Positions 62,449 through 64,000 of a stretch of 64,000 bases of DNA are shown here, piece after piece (position 1 is the first letter of the stretch; each line of letters opens with the position of its first letter). This stretch comes from an uncultured Phycisphaerales bacterium (GTDB lineage Bacteria; Planctomycetota; Phycisphaerae; Tepidisphaerales; Tepidisphaeraceae): NCBI GenBank assembly GCA_963755915.1, contig CAVWLP010000003.1, positions 288,001-352,000 of the forward strand, given 5' to 3'. A model generated the notes under the pieces. That model searched no databases, had not been told where the DNA came from, and saw only the letters and a program-made list of their open reading frames with translations. Position numbers and translations under genes: made by a program.

Positions 62449-63950
62449 TCAGCGCTCGGCGTTCCACTTCCAGCCCGGGTGATGGACGAAGCGGAGTGCT
62501 TCGGCGGGGTCGAGCCCGTTTCGCGCGGCGGCGCGATATTCCTCTCGATGCCGACTCCAGTTTTGCTTCTCAAGATCGGTAGAGATGTGACGACCCTTGT
62601 AAGGTACCCTGTTTCCCACCAGCATGACCAGGAACCCTTCGAGGCCAAACTGGTTGCCGGTTCCGGACATATTTCGCAGCGTGTGCCGGCAGAGGCCGGT
62701 GGGGCCGTTTTCCGCGTAAAATTCCAGCAGCTCGGCGGAGCCGGAGACGTCGGTCTCGGCGTTGCAGTGTTGCCAGAATGGGGTTTGGAGCATCGTGTTA
62801 AAGCGGTAATGAAATGCGAGGAAGTCGCGGATTTCGTCCCAGGTTCCGGCAGCGATTTTGTTATACATGTTGCGTGCCGTGGGAGCGGGCGAGAGTTCGG
62901 ACTGAACGAGGATTTCGACCAGGGCCTGGGTGCTGCCGCAGATGACCATGAGGGCGGTCGATTCGAGGGGCTCGACGAATCCCGAGGCGTTGCCGATGGA
63001 GACGACGTTGTCGACCCACGCCCGCTCGAATCGGCCGGAGCGGAACTTGACGACGCGGTCCCATGTTTTGGCCTTGGAATTCTTGCGTGTGAATTCGGCG
63101 TGGGCCTGGTCATCGGAGAGAAAGCGGGAGCTGAAGACGTATCCGCGGTTGATGGCGGTTTCGTGTTCGATCTGCCAGCACCATCCGGCGTCCATGGTTT
63201 CGGCGGTGGTGTAAGGGAGAATCGGTTCGCCGTCGCGCTGCCAACTGCCTACGACGGCGCGGTCGCAGATGAGGGATTTGTCGTAACTGATCCAGGGCTC
63301 ATTGAGGGCGCGGCCGAGGAGTTCGCTGCGGAAGCCGCTGGCGTCGATGAAGAGGTCGGCTTCAAGGCGGCGGCCGTCTTCGAGGATTACGGCGGAGATG
63401 CCCTGCGGACCGCGCTCGGCGCCGCTGGTCTTGGCATCAATGAAGTCGATCCCGATTTCGCCGCGACCGCTTCCAGGCAGGCTACGAATTTCGGATTTTC
63501 AATGTGAAACGCGTGCCAGGGAGGGATTTCCGGACCCGGGCCGTTTTGCTGACGTGGGAAGGCTTTTTTCTGTGCCATCAGCGCGGAGCAGAGACTGGCG
63601 CTTTCGAATTCCTCATCGCAGTAGAAACCGTTGGGACGAGGTAGGTCCGGGAGCTGCACGTCAAGCTGAAACTCAAAGCCGTAATCGAATTGGCCCCGCG
63701 GTCCCCAGAGGAAATGGATGCCCATTTTCCAGGTCGGGCGCGTCGTGGAATAAAAGTGCTTGCGGCTGATCCCCAGGTATTCAAACAGAAATTTGGGAAG
63801 GGCTGGCGTGGTGCTTTCACCGACGCCGATTACGCCGATATCGGGACTGCGCACCACTCGAACGCCCAGAGCGGGGATCTTGCGCTTCAGTGAAATGGCG
63901 GCGAGCAGGCCGGCATTTCCAGCGCCGAGGACCAGAATGTTTTTGATCAT
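62449..63950 (-). CDS. Flavin-dependent tryptophan-halogenase-family protein (frameshifted around 63400-63460)
   Basis: GAGNAG, IGVGESTTP, TWKMGI, FIDASGF (third frame), GWCWQI, IGNASGFVEPLEST. Confidence 0.9.
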
Positions 63951-64000
63951 AGGCGATTCGGGGTGAAAGGCCGGATTTACCCTACGTTTGCCGGCGATTC

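Noticed and set aside
3624-63950. Numerous frameshifted genes as pseudogenes or programmed frameshifts
   Set aside because: Single-base shifts affect more than a dozen unrelated genes, often at G/C runs, with no accumulation of in-frame stops; long-read indel error is the simpler explanation
1-64000. rRNA, tRNA, prophage or integrase
   Set aside because: No recognisable signatures seen by eye; a tRNAscan/Infernal run would be needed to exclude small RNAs

Overview
High-GC bacterial DNA, most likely a planctomycete of the Phycisphaerae/Tepidisphaera type. This is inferred from LEPR-XLL motifs, PEP-CTERM plus dockerin-like tails, an H-X9-DG prepilin and a CxxCGYDLRG protein. Many genes carry single-base frameshifts typical of long-read assembly. 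The window is mostly a dispersed pectin/arabinan/xylan utilisation region: GH28, GH52, CE8, GH43, GH51, a possible new clan-D glycosidase, araBAD, sugar ABC parts and a ROK regulator. It also holds a kinase/sigma54-activator/ECF signalling cluster, a doubly truncated Hachiman remnant bracketed by inverted copies of an unknown repeat, and three IS elements (IS5-like, IS21, IS4). The most unusual signal is a 24-bp hairpin micro-element (stem4-TCGRC-N3-GCTC-stem4'-tail4) at four separate sites with co-varying stems: tandem x8 in istA, single in-frame copies in the istA end and istB, and one in the loop of a REP-like hairpin. Removing it appears to restore an intact target. No rRNA, tRNA or CRISPR array was seen. 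Product calls come from motif recognition only; no database searches were run.
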